The notes beneath the pieces are model-generated. The model searched no databases. It was given only the letters and a program-made list of their open reading frames with translations, and had not been told where the DNA came from. Positions 1-11,222 of a stretch of DNA of 37,111 nucleotides are shown here, in pieces (position 1 is the first letter of the stretch; each line of letters opens with the position of its first letter). Source of the stretch: Craspedostauros australis (lineage: Eukaryota); assembly GCA_030167865.1 (NCBI GenBank), contig JALAGF010000869.1:1-37111 (forward strand), read 5' to 3'. The position numbers and the translations under genes were made by a program.

Positions 1-657
1 TTTTTTTTTGTTTTCCACCATTGTCATGTTGTTGTTTCGAGTTTGGCGCTCTCAACCAGTCGCACATCTTGGGGGACCCGGTAATTACGAATAATATTAA
101 CAAATGTACGAAGGAAGCATCACACAAAACACTTCGAGAGTACCAATGTAACTCAACCATTCCGTTACGACGAAATGTAGCCAAGGATGATTCACATCGT
201 GCTGTGATTGGTATTTCATGACGCAGTAACCAGGTTGGTGACGTAGATGACGGATCAGGCAAACATTGGGTAGAATGGATGTAAATGCGAAATCGCCGCT
301 TCTCCCCAAACTCTACAACTAGCGCTATCGTGGAGGAGGGGTTGGATGGTCTCATCGGAACACCTCAAAAAGAGACTAAACAATTCAAAATCGGAACAAA
401 CTTGCTGAAACGAAGAACAGCAAAGGGTTAAGTTGGATCGATGTAGTCGTAGCCAAAGGGCTGAAACCCGAAAGAGATCGGAAAATATGNACATCCATCG
501 GTCCATAAAACATAAAATAGGAGCAATAGCAGAACCAAAATGGATCAGTATATGTTTTAGATCTATGAGGATTACGAATATATGCTTAGTTTTTAAATCG
601 GAGGAAAAAAGTATGAAAGTTCATTTCAAACAGTTGGTCGACTCGCTCGAGGGGCTC
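1..657. mobile_element. Possible terminal portion of a DNA transposon (AT-rich segment ending ...CTCGAGGGGCTC|ATAT)
   Basis: Visibly more AT-rich than the rest of the window, with no credible ORF. Read on the minus strand the boundary is ATAT|GAGCCCCTCGAG, resembling a GAG-type terminus with an AWWT target site as described for Sola-type elements. The other end is not in the window. Confidence 0.2.
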
Positions 658-737
658 ATATGTATCAATCGTACTCTCTCCCCCCTCCCCTAATCGTCCA
701 TTGGCATGTGATCGGTTGCACGTACCAATACTCGCTG

Positions 738-754
738 GAGAGAGAGAGAGAGAG
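738..754. repeat. (GA)n microsatellite
   Basis: gagagagagagagagag seen directly. Confidence 0.9.
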
Positions 755-2150
755 CAAGTACGCTTACGCAATGACCTGAGCACGTCCACATAACTTTGCA
801 AGATTGCGACGCATCAACGACATCAGCTCTGCGTGCGAGTCGGAGAGATTAATCGTGCCAAGTAGTTGTACTCTGCGGCTGCTTGTCGACTTTTAGTCTT
901 CCACATCTGTTCTCCCCGATCCTGTTCCAAGTGAGCGTCTTGCTCTAGTCTGCCCGAACCTGCACGAAATCATCGCGTTTTGCTTTGGTGGTGAGAGAAA
1001 GAGATAGGCTAGATGAAGGGATATAGATATAATTGTGACTGATCGAGTGAAGCGATTCGTGGACATGATGACACGTTCGCGTTGTGTTTGTTTCGTGATA
1101 ACAGTAGCCGTTATACACGTCAGAAGAGGCGTCACCAAAATGTCAAAACAGGCCACAGAGTTGACACCAAGCCTCACCATCTGCAGATCACGCAAGCAGG
1201 AAGATGCCAATCAAAACCCTTCGGCGTTGATGCCTCTTTCGTCTTTGTTCCGTGATGTGGTCGGAGGCGGCCATTGGCATCGTCTCTCCTTGCCTTGTCC
1301 GCATCTTCTCCATCCGCACCGAATGAGCAACGTGGTCGTTGTATCCGTTGCGGAAGATGACACCAACCAAGGGGAGAGCAAAAGAGTGCGCGTGAGATCC
1401 ATGGATCGAAGCTGGATGAGGCTCCCTTGTGAGTGGTGTCGGTTCGTCCATCCCGTTTTCTTCGCTCTGCTTCTCCTCTGCCATCAACAAGACATCAACT
1501 CTCATGGTCATCGCTCAACCACGATCGTTGCACATTCGGAATGAAATTGAAACTGGTGTCATCATCGCATCACATCACATCGCAGCGCATCGCATCAACC
1601 ACAAACTGCAAAACGCAACGCACCTTCCGTCTCCTCCTGAACTGCATCTCGCACAGGTTGATCCCGTTCCATCGTATCACGTCTCATTCCAATCGCACGA
1701 ACTGCGCCAACATTGCTTCAGCGAACGAAACGTCCTCTCTTGGTTCTGACATCCTAAACCAACGTCCAAGCACACAGCATACTTGCACCACAGAACACAA
1801 ACATCAAGTTTGCACATCGACCATCGATTTCCTTCGTATTATACCAAATACTTCGCAAAGTCACTTCCCATCTGCACCATTACTCATCGCTCGAACACTA
1901 TCTCAACTGACATCACCTCCACAGTCGCCACAGTCACTACAGTCACCATCACAACCGTAGACAGGACAAACCCACTTTCAGATGTGAATTGGCACACAAA
2001 ACTCTCAACACCACAATCAACAAAGCAAACCAAAGCACATCAGAAAAGACATCCTCACACCCTTACTCTGCTTCACTAATCAACCAACGACCAGCCAATC
2101 AACGACCAATCAACGCAGCCAACCCAAACCGCCCAACAGACAGCCAGACA

Positions 2151-2830
2151 ATGATGAACTCCTTCCTCCTCCTTTGCATACTCGTCGCCATCGCAATGGT
2201 TCCGATCGATGCATTCGCCAATTCGCGATCAAACCTCTTTTTCACAGCGCCGATTTCATCGTCATCATCTACAGGAATAGCAACAACAACAACAACAACC
2301 ACCGTCCAACGAACGTCAACAGCCTTGCATGCATGGACGATGCCAACGCCAAGCGAGGCATTTGGGTCATTCACGCCGCATCCCACCTGGTACGATCAGG
2401 TCGACAACCCAGCAGCACGACGCATGATCTACGACGATGAGTAAGTCAATATGTTTCGCATCCGCTTTCGTTTTCTTTTGCACCTGTCAGCTGGCGGAAT
2501 GGCATCACTTCTTGCGCCGACGAATTCAGTCTTTGATGACCCTTGCATCTCAATGATGTGATGCCATGTGACGCCAGGTCGTATCATCACGTTTCGTTCA
2601 TGTCAACTCACATCGCCATCACCACGACCTATTCTTCTGATGTTGACATCAACACCACCAACAACAGCCTGCCGGCAGACTACGACTACAGACCAGACTC
2701 GGACATGTACTTCTCGCAAAAGGTGAACATCGAGCAGCAGCAAACAAGCATGGACACAGTGACACAAGCGCGCACTTCGAACCCAATCCGACGCGTGTTC
2801 AGATGGGTCACATTCCGAAAGCAGCTGTAA
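2151..2830 (+). CDS. Small hypothetical protein with signal peptide and probable plastid transit peptide, 2 exons (2151-2440, probably 2668-2830)
   Basis: MMNSFLLLCILVAIAMVPIDA-FAN is a hydrophobic signal with Phe at +1, followed by an S/T-rich transit-like stretch. GTAAGT donor at 2441. The CAG acceptor ending at 2667 restores frame (YDD-D-LPADYDY...); an alternative in-frame acceptor ends at 2577. Confidence 0.7.
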
Positions 2831-4088
2831 TGAGAGCAACGGGGACTCTTGACCCCACCAGTCACCCCATCAATGTCCAAAGCTAAGCCAATCGTGCGCA
2901 AGCAGCCAACAAGTCAGTGCCGTCGAAGTCATGAAAGCTCGCTCCCAAGCTGTACGAGCAAGTGTCATGAGATGGAAACACATGAATGAACATGCTATGC
3001 AGTGTACTATTGCTTCTGCAGATACCAAACATGTCCGCCCGCCCTCCATGTCAAGAGCAACTGGTTGGTTGAAGCGAGAGACAACAGCACGCACGTACGT
3101 ACGTATGAGTGACCAGGGTCAATGGAGTGAACCGGGCCTTGCAAGAACAGCGCTATCGTCGTATGCATAGTATGCTATGTACAAGTATGTACCATACGAC
3201 ATCATAGAGAAAGAATGAGAGAATGAAAAGGGGAAGACATGATACCATACAAACTGACAGGTGCGCAGAGCGCAAAGTAAGAATAGAAGCACCCAATCCT
3301 GTCGCAACGCAACATTGTCAATACTCTCGTTCATAGGCACATAATACTGGTAAAGTGCTCGTGTTCAGTTACTGACTATCATTCATCATCGTCGCTTGTT
3401 GTTAATGGCCATCATTCCTGTTCCCCAATACACACCAGCAGGTTGTACGTGTGCTTGACACTTCGGAGAGATGTGGTGGGCATTGGTAGATCAGCGGCGA
3501 AGTTAGAGAATCGTGGAATCGACCACTTTGACTGTATTACAACCAACCAGCCAACCAACCAACGATTTCTGATTTCGTGTTGCTCATCGTGTTTCTCGTT
3601 TCAAAGTCTCTCTTGACACCAAACGCCACATCACGATCTCCACAAAGAGAAAGACTCGCACGCACGTGGCAACACATCCAAAGCAACAAGAGACATCAAA
3701 CCCTTCGTTGTCGGCCATCTCTCTGTAGGTTGGTTGGTCGGTGGAACAAGTGTCGGGAGCTGCTGCAATTCAGATTGATTGGTTGTTAGTGCGAGTGGAA
3801 GCATTATACCAAACGAGGAGAACACAAGAGTGGAAGAGGGCACACACAAGCACGGATGCAGATAGAGTGGATCATCCCTCCATCGATCAAGTGATCTCAG
3901 CAATCCATCTTTGACGTCGTCATTCAGATTACGAATACTCGTCCGGAGAGACAGGACAGTCCGGCCTTGCTACTCGGACGCGCCCGCTTACCAACCTACC
4001 CACCCACACACTGACGCTGGCATCGATACTTGCCATACACGCTGACCCTTTGATAACGCGGCAATAGCGCCATAAATCAAGCACAACC

Positions 4089-4838
4089 ATGCCGGCGAGT
4101 GGAGGACGCGTGCGCATGCCGCACAACAACCGCATGTCGACGTCGGCAACGCTGAAGTCGAGCGATATCTGGTCCAAGACGATCAAGCATGATCCCTACG
4201 CCGGAACGGAAGACCCCAAGGAGGCCGCCGTCAGCGCGGAGGATGCCGAAAAGGCCAAGGCCGTGATGGGCATGGCCAAGGCGCAGAATGTTACAGACGG
4301 TGCCAAGCGCAATGATTTCACGGCCAAGATGTATCTGGGACTGAAGCGGGGCAAGGTGCGCAAGTCGCAGGCGCAGAATCAGGAGGACGACAGCGCCGCG
4401 CTCAAATACGGTCTCGATGATTCCTCCAGCAGCAGCGAGGATGAGTTCGTCGTTGAGGAGCGCAAATCAAAAGAGCGCAAACCAAGCAGCAGCAGCAAGG
4501 ATAAGGACAAGAAGAAAAAGAAAAAGCGGAAGAAAAAGAAATCCAAAAAGCGCCGCAAGAGATCTTCTTCCGATTCCTCCTCCGACAGCGACGACTCTTC
4601 GTCGCGAAGCGATGAAAGTGACGAGGAGGACAGCGACGATGAATCTCGCCGACGTGAAGAACGGCGTCGACGCCGCCGCAGCAAGAAGAGACACAAGAAA
4701 CGAAAATCAAGCAAACGCTCGCGTGACGATGATGACGACGACGACGATAGCGCGGATGAATCGGGGAGCGACTCCAGCGATTCACGTAGGAAGCGACGAA
4801 AGAGAAGGAAGAGCAAGAGTCGCAATCGGGATGATTAA
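4089..4838 (+). CDS. CXIP4: CAX-interacting protein 4 (CXIP4)-like Arg/Ser/Asp/Lys-rich nuclear protein
   Basis: N-terminus MPASGGRVRMPHNNRMSTSATLKSSDIWSKTIKHDPYA closely matches the recalled plant CXIP4 N-terminus (MPATAGRVRMPANNRVHSSAALQTHGIWQSAIGYDPYA). Low-complexity K/R/S/D C-terminal half. Confidence 0.8.
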   Translation: MPASGGRVRMPHNNRMSTSATLKSSDIWSKTIKHDPYAGTEDPKEAAVSAEDAEKAKAVMGMAKAQNVTDGAKRNDFTAKMYLGLKRGKVRKSQAQNQEDDSAALKYGLDDSSSSSEDEFVVEERKSKERKPSSSSKDKDKKKKKKRKKKKSKKRRKRSSSDSSSDSDDSSSRSDESDEEDSDDESRRREERRRRRRSKKRHKKRKSSKRSRDDDDDDDDSADESGSDSSDSRRKRRKRRKSKSRNRDD

Positions 4839-5003
4839 GAAGCAGGGTAGGGTTGGGTTGATTTGATTTGAGTATCGTGCGAGGCACTTCTGTCTTCGAG
4901 GCATGATACTATGCTCGGCAACGTAATAATATGGTGACAGTATACGTAGTAATAGCGCAAGTACTCTACTATGCAATGGACGGGCATGTCCCGTATTCAA
5001 CGT

Positions 5004-6388
5004 TTATTTGTCATCTTCACTTGTGCTCTCCTTCTGCTTGATCATATCCTGAAAGTCCGCATCCTTGGCTGGATCTCCGGTTGCTTCATTCATCCTTTTG
5101 CGGATCTTATCAGGTCCCATGCGGTACACGGTCCCGCAGAACTCGCATCTGGCTTCGACATCCTCTCCCTTCTTGACGAGATCCTCCACGTCCTCCTTTG
5201 GCAGCAATCGCAACGCTCGGACTAACCGATCCTCGGAGCAACTGCACTTGAAGACCGGTTTGATTTGTTGCAAGGGCTGCATATCCAACCCCTCCAGCAC
5301 CATCTCTGTAATTTGGTAAGGCGTGGTGCCACCCAGCAGCAGGTTGGTGGGAATTTTGTTGCCCCCGTCCAGCTCCACGATCTTGGCAAGATTCTCCTCC
5401 ACCTTCCTGAGCGTCTCCGTCTCCGCTCCCGGCAGCTGCTCAATGAGATATCCGCCGCACGACGTGCACAGGATACCATTGATCGAAGTCGCCGCCGCCA
5501 ACGCGCACGAACGTTGTTCGCTTTCGGCTAGGTAGATTCCGATGTCGCGGTCCAAATCGCCATGACGGATCGCGGTGATGCCGTTGTAGGGGTTGGGCCA
5601 GTCGGGATGATTCTTGACGACCTGCAGGGACCCCTGGCCGATGGCTTCTTCGATGGTTAAGTCTCCAAGCATCGGGCTTCCGACATATCCCCGTACTTCG
5701 CCCTTTCCGCTCGCGATGGCGACGAGTCCGCGCAATGGGCCGTCAGCTGCTCGTTGATAGGTGGGTGCATACGTATACGTCCAGTATTGTATCCAGTATT
5801 GCACATGAGTACAACAACATTGAAGCAGAGAGTAGTTAGTATAACATGATCAAATCTGATAGACATACAGCACGAGTAAAAAGCACGACAGAGCATAATG
5901 CAGAAGGATGGATCTGAGAAGAAACATCTCCCATCAAACGCAGTACAATCACAAAGCAAAGACGCTGTCAAGTGTCCACACTCACAGTTGACGGTAAGCT
6001 GCACTGTCTGCTCCAGCTGCATTCCATTACTCATCAAGAGCGCGCAGACGACGGCCCGACCGAGCGCATCGGATGGGACAGCCGTCATGGTATGCATGAT
6101 CATGACGTCGTTGATGATGTTGCGCACCGTGCATGCTGTCACCTTGATGCTGCCGTCTCCCGAGATGGCCGAAAAGACCTGATCATCCAGATTGTTCTTG
6201 TTCTCGTAAATGTTGGTGGACGTGGTCTCGGTGCTGACATCCTCCGATGTCATGTAACGCTGCGTTGTGAAGGCTGCATGCACGGAGAATCGCGACATGC
6301 GATGCGCGGTGTTGCGTGAGAAGCCACGCACATGAACCAACGAGGCCAAGAGGAGGTGGGCCATCATGGCGCAGAGTCGGTTGTTCAT
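5004..6388 (-). CDS. hslO: Hsp33 redox-regulated chaperone, probably plastid-targeted, 2 exons (6388-5986, 5746-5004)
   Basis: Hsp33 motifs: ALGRAVVCALLMS, DGPLRGLVA, YLAESEQ, GGYLIEQLPG, and the C-terminal zinc centre CSCS...CEFC. Intron GTGAG(5985)...GCAG(5747) joins the exons as TVN-S-DGPL. Signal-like N-terminus with VRG-FS. Confidence 0.92.
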
Positions 6389-6507
6389 TTCGAGTTCCTT
6401 TTCTGTTGCCGCTTCCTCTCACAGCACTTCGCCGATGCGCACGAATACTCCGGAGGGTGATATTGTACGAGTATGATGGATTGTATGTTGCTCGATGGCC
6501 GCTGCCG

Positions 6508-6539
6508 AGTGTGTGTGTGTCTCTCTCTCTCTCTCTCTC
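6508..6539. repeat. Compound (GT)n(CT)n microsatellite in the divergent promoter region
   Basis: gtgtgtgtgtgtctctctctctctctctctc seen directly. Confidence 0.85.
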
Positions 6540-6978
6540 GTTGCCGATCTTGGGAGCCAGAGTATTCGAGAGAACATCGCCATGGTCTCTGTCGTCGTCT
6601 CTGTGTTGGCACCCATCGCCACAAACCACAGACACGCAAGAGAAGGACACCACCAAACCGCAACATCGAAGAGTTCTGCCGAATGAGTGGGAGTGGCAAT
6701 ACAAGACTCAATTCGTGTCTAAACTGTCCAAGACGTGCGTATCACATATCTATTATCAATAATAGGCGGTTGTACTAATATGTTCAATGACGACGACAAT
6801 CGCAGAACGCTTTTCCGATTTGGTTGGCTGTTTTTGTTGGTGTCTGATGTGGCGCAAGAACCACCCACGCGCCTCATCGCGTTTGTGTTCATGCCAATGA
6901 TGACGCATCTCGCCAATGTGTGCAAAAGTGACGGAACAAAGCAAGGGTAGAGATAGCACGTGCTCTTGTGTCGTTGAA

Positions 6979-7004
6979 GTTGTGTTGTGTTGTGTTGTGT
7001 TGTG
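6979..7004. repeat. (GTTGT)n microsatellite
   Basis: About five tandem GTTGT units. Confidence 0.85.
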
Positions 7005-7213
7005 GGAAGGGGGCGTTGCCGACGGAGCAAGATGAGGATGATGAGGAACGAAGAGGGGAACAAACCGTCGTCAATCAGAACCACCTTCTGATCCTTCTTG
7101 CATCCCCATTCCCAAACTGAGCAACAACAACCATTGCTGCTGCTCCGTTGCTGTCACTTTTGCCGTCGATCATTATTCTCCGTTGCACTTGAAGAAGCAC
7201 AATACTTGAAAAG

Positions 7214-8026
7214 ATGAAGGTCCAATCCACAGCACTGTCCCTCGCGTTGCTGGTGTCATCAGCAACTGCGTTCCAGCAACCGCAGAGACCACAGGCCGAT
7301 GCCGCCACCGCCGCCAACGTCGACAGCCGACGGGACTTCGTCAAGTCCATCGCGGCTGGTGCGTTCGGAATCGCAGGCGCGTCTGCTCTGCAGCCCCAAT
7401 CCGCATCCGCCAGCCTCTTGGATGAGTTCGGAACCGATCCCACCAAGATCAAGGACCCATCCACCACGAAGGTCAACGACGCACCATCGGCAGCCGCCAT
7501 CAAGAAGGCGGAGTCGGACTACGAGCCAAACCTCCGCTCCAACTACTACTACCCCACCAACAAGAAGCGATACCTCCCGCGCATCAAGAAATGCAACGAC
7601 GCCATCCCGGACGCCGCCGACATGATCGGTCGCAACGACTGGGAGGGCGCCAGCACCTTCGCCGTGCAGATAGCCGAGAACACCATCCTGCCCATGAAAT
7701 TGTACACATCCAGCCTCCTCGGCGGCGGCACCAACGTTAAGGTCTCCTTCGCCAAGGACATGACCACCGCCGCCAACGACTTTGAGAAGGCCCAAAAGCA
7801 GCTCGTCAAGGCCATCTCCAAGAAGGACCAGGCCAAGAGCTCGGCCGCCCTCGAGGAGCTTGCCACGGCTCTGCTGGCCTACCGAACTGCCGGAAAGCTC
7901 TTGGGACCAGATGGTGGTGGTGACATCCCAAGCGTCGACGAAATTCGACGATCGGCATGCCGTGTGCAGGGCAGAACCTTCGAGCAGAAGATCAAGGATC
8001 GTGACACCCGCGTCAAGTCGACGTAA
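7214..8026 (+). CDS. Thylakoid lumen protein with tripartite presequence; helical, possibly PsbQ/Psb31-like fold
   Basis: Signal peptide ending SATA-FQQP, twin-arginine SRRDFVK, a hydrophobic stretch and ASA cleavage site. Strongly C-ending codon bias. Mature part is an amphipathic helical region; the fold assignment is inference. Confidence 0.75.
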   Translation: MKVQSTALSLALLVSSATAFQQPQRPQADAATAANVDSRRDFVKSIAAGAFGIAGASALQPQSASASLLDEFGTDPTKIKDPSTTKVNDAPSAAAIKKAESDYEPNLRSNYYYPTNKKRYLPRIKKCNDAIPDAADMIGRNDWEGASTFAVQIAENTILPMKLYTSSLLGGGTNVKVSFAKDMTTAANDFEKAQKQLVKAISKKDQAKSSAALEELATALLAYRTAGKLLGPDGGGDIPSVDEIRRSACRVQGRTFEQKIKDRDTRVKST

Positions 8027-8893
8027 GCGTATGTGAAAAGAAAAATGTCAGAGACTGCTAGAGAATGACAGAAGCTGAGCGAACGCTGGGTGGTCCTGTC
8101 AGACGACTTTGTGACGCTGGTGGCATTGAGTGGAGGATCGGGTCTTCTGTGAATGCTCAACGTATCAACACGGCAGTATGGCAGTACATATGCCATGCAT
8201 CATTGCAAAGAAAAGAAGGAAGAACCCTTCGTTCTTCAAGATGATCCATCCTTCACATACACGGCAAACATCCAGTTGACCGTGTCGGATGGCCTGTACT
8301 CTCCAATCGAATGGTGCGCTCCACGTATAAGTGGAACGCAATGCAACTCCCCCACGATGGCATGACAAAATGCAGATTGGATATGGTTGCACCGAGACGC
8401 CATTGCTCCTCTCGTCTGGTACTCCACGAGTACGATTAGTAATAGTGGAAGAGTAGGAAGTTCAGCAAGTCTAATCAATCTCTTGAGTATATCTGCCTCC
8501 AACATCAAGCACATGCATGGTGCTCTATGCATAGTATGTGCCATACTACGAGTATTCTACTCATACGTATGGTTTCCCACTCGGGCTCAACTGGAGCGTG
8601 TGTTTGTTGAAGTTGGAGTTGGTGTCGTTCGTCAGGGCACAAAAAATGAAACGCCGCGTTGGTGTCCAGACAGATTTTTCTTTTCAAGGATTTGATGTCT
8701 GGCGGCTCTGCAGAGACGACAGTGGCTCCAGAAGTCGTCATTCGCAGCGACCATCCCAATTCACAATCATACGGTGCCATCAACACGATAGCAACATTGA
8801 TCGAACCAGGTGCAACCCGTACAAAGCACCGAAGCAGCGCAAGCTCTCGCGAAGTCGGCAAGACATTATCACAAAGTCCAGTTGCGTCAAAGG

Positions 8894-9955
8894 ATGATGA
8901 AACAACCCATCACGCACATTCTCGCTGCTATTCTGCTCCTGCTGCTGCAGATCATCCACACTGATGGCTTCTCAGTGTCCAAAACGCTCGCAATGGGCAA
9001 ACTCACAGCAAATCAATGGCATCAACAGCACCAGCTACACCACCACTACCAGCAGCAGCAGCTGCAGCAACGATCTACGAGCACTGGCATGTCTGCAACA
9101 CAAGACTCTCCTTCCTCTGTGACAGAATGGGTGGTGGAGAATCTGGAAACGGAGAATGCGACGATCACAACATCATCCGCAGTCAAGGCTGGTGAGAACG
9201 ACACCTTGCCCATCGAAGGGCTCGTCATTGCCGATTACCGAATCCAAGCGGCCGACGCGCCGGAGGATGTCGACAACGATGACGAACAAGAGCGTGACAG
9301 CGACAAGCCGCTGTTTCCCATCCGCCTTTTGCTGGGCAGGAATGGCTGGGGCACAGGAGTGCATCCATCCACGCGGCTTTGCTTGGAATGGTTGTCCAGC
9401 AAGGACGATCACATCCAAGGCGGGGAGACCTTTCTGGACTACGGTTGCGGCTCTGGTGTGCTTTCCATCGCCGCACTGCATGCCGGTTGCTCTCGTGCCA
9501 TCGGCGTCGACATCGAAGCCGAAGCGTTGGTCACGTCAGAACGCAACCTCGATCTCAACGCATTCGGGGATCGGTTCGAGGCATTCCACACGCGCGAGAT
9601 CGAACCCTACGGTCTCTGTCGTCCGAACGGCGTGGATGTTTGCATCGCCAACATCCTTGTGGGCCAACTGACCAGGCCGTCCATGGTGGCCGCGCTGTCG
9701 TCCAACATCGCGCCTGGTGGCCTCCTGTGCATGTCGGGTATACGTCCTGGGGAGGTCGATTCACTCAAGCACGCCTACGACGACGTGTTCGAATGGTTGG
9801 AGGCAGACTACGATGAGCTGGCGGCGAAGGACTGTCCCGGTAGCATCGATTCTTACGGTTTTGACTGCGGCACGTGGTCGCGATTGGTCGGAAAGCGCCG
9901 CTTCGGTGACAGGCAGACCGACATCGAGCGCATGAGTGAGCTAGCTGTCCAATAG
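8894..9955 (+). CDS. prmA: PrmA-like (ribosomal protein L11 methyltransferase family) class I SAM methyltransferase, probably plastid-targeted
   Basis: GWGTGVHPSTRLCLEWL (cf. AFGTGxHxTT), LDYGCGSGVLSIAA, GVDIE, IANIL, PGGLLCMSGI. Likely start ATG at 8894 gives a signal peptide ending TDG-FS and a poly-Q/H transit region. Confidence 0.8.
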   Translation: MMKQPITHILAAILLLLLQIIHTDGFSVSKTLAMGKLTANQWHQQHQLHHHYQQQQLQQRSTSTGMSATQDSPSSVTEWVVENLETENATITTSSAVKAGENDTLPIEGLVIADYRIQAADAPEDVDNDDEQERDSDKPLFPIRLLLGRNGWGTGVHPSTRLCLEWLSSKDDHIQGGETFLDYGCGSGVLSIAALHAGCSRAIGVDIEAEALVTSERNLDLNAFGDRFEAFHTREIEPYGLCRPNGVDVCIANILVGQLTRPSMVAALSSNIAPGGLLCMSGIRPGEVDSLKHAYDDVFEWLEADYDELAAKDCPGSIDSYGFDCGTWSRLVGKRRFGDRQTDIERMSELAVQ

Positions 9956-10007
9956 AGAAAACGATGGTGCGCCATCAGCAACAAGGGCAAGACAGACAGA
10001 CAGCCAC

Positions 10008-10024
10008 AGAGAGAGAGAGAGAGA
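10008..10024. repeat. (GA)n microsatellite in the 3' flank
   Basis: agagagagagagagaga seen directly. Confidence 0.85.
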
Positions 10025-10877
10025 CCGTCTTCTCAATGCCACGGACTTGAACCACCTTCTTCCATAGCAAGATTCCAATCTACTCGCAGAATTTAATGCC
10101 GGAGGCTGTATTCTTTCTTCATCAACGCACCTCGATTCTGGAGAGTCCGAACGTCAAGAAATGGGAGAGGGTAAACCCATCGAGGTGGATTGAGTGCCTA
10201 CCATACGCAGAGCATACAGACATACACACACCGACACACACACTCTCTCTCTCTGCTCGTAGAGCGCACTCTGGTCAAAGACGGACAATAGTCGTTGCAC
10301 CAATGCATGACTCGTACCATACATACCCAACAATACTCCGCCTCTTCAATGCAATACGGCATTACTTCCAATCGTTCTATGCCACATTCCCAAGCTTTCT
10401 AAAGGTGTCGTACCATCCACTCTGGATTGGTTATGGAATCGCAGGTAGAAGTATCCGTAGGCTACGTCAGTAGTATGGGCACCGTGCAGATATAAAAGCT
10501 GCTGGTCTATTCTCGATCTACCTACCATCCCACAATCACGGCATCTTCCGCAGCTGCGTCGCCTCCGGATTCGTTGGGGGCATCACTCTTGGGTCTGCCG
10601 AGTCATCCCAGAACAGACGGAACTGTTCTTTTTGACTGATTTGATCCCAAGGATCTTTTGCTTTTTGGGGAGCGAGGAAGAAGATCGGCGTCGTCGATTT
10701 CGTGTCATGTTCTGTCTTGGCCTTTTTGTCTCCGCTGCCTGGCGCTTGGTGCGTGATTGGCAAATTCTGGGCTGACATGTGTGGAGACCATGGGAGTATT
10801 GGTCCTCTTCTCTTTTGTTGACAACACCTGACTCTGCTCGTGGCTCGCGTCGCGCCCAAACCCACACCAACACTGGC

Positions 10878-10906
10878 CACAACAACAACAACAACAACAA
10901 CACACA
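10878..10906. repeat. (CAA)n/(CA)n microsatellite upstream of NOT1
   Basis: cacaacaacaacaacaacaacaacacaca seen directly. Confidence 0.85.
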
Positions 10907-10961
10907 CATACAGCACGACGTGCGCAAATCAAAGGTCGCGTAGAGCAAGACAACATGGCCC

Positions 10962-11222
10962 ATGGGCGAGATACAGAGGCAACAGCGACGAGAACAAAGA
11001 AGTAGAACCACTAACAACGTTGGGACAGGCGAGGTAACTCACGACGACGATTCCCGACCGGAGGGGGTGATCGGGAAGGGTCATCGTCCATCACACAGCG
11101 GCCGAACGCGCACAGGGGCGTTGGTGCTTCGGCTCTGCGGAGACTCAGGAAAAGGAGGACAACGAGACAAGGGGAGAAGAATTGATCCGCAGAGTTTCTT
11201 GGTGCAATCAATACGGAAATTG
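10962..11222 (+). CDS. CNOT1: Candidate first coding exon of NOT1
   Basis: Open frame ending ...DPQSFLVQSIRKL followed by a GTGAGT donor at 11223 in phase 0, compatible with the exon at 11945. Start codon uncertain. Confidence 0.45.

Noticed and set aside
893..2079. Several overlapping 100-175 aa ORFs
   Set aside because: No recognisable motifs or codon bias; low-complexity CA-rich upstream sequence
3340..3540. Intergenic segment checked for snRNA/snoRNA
   Set aside because: No U1, U2, U4, U5 or U6 signature and no convincing C/D box pair
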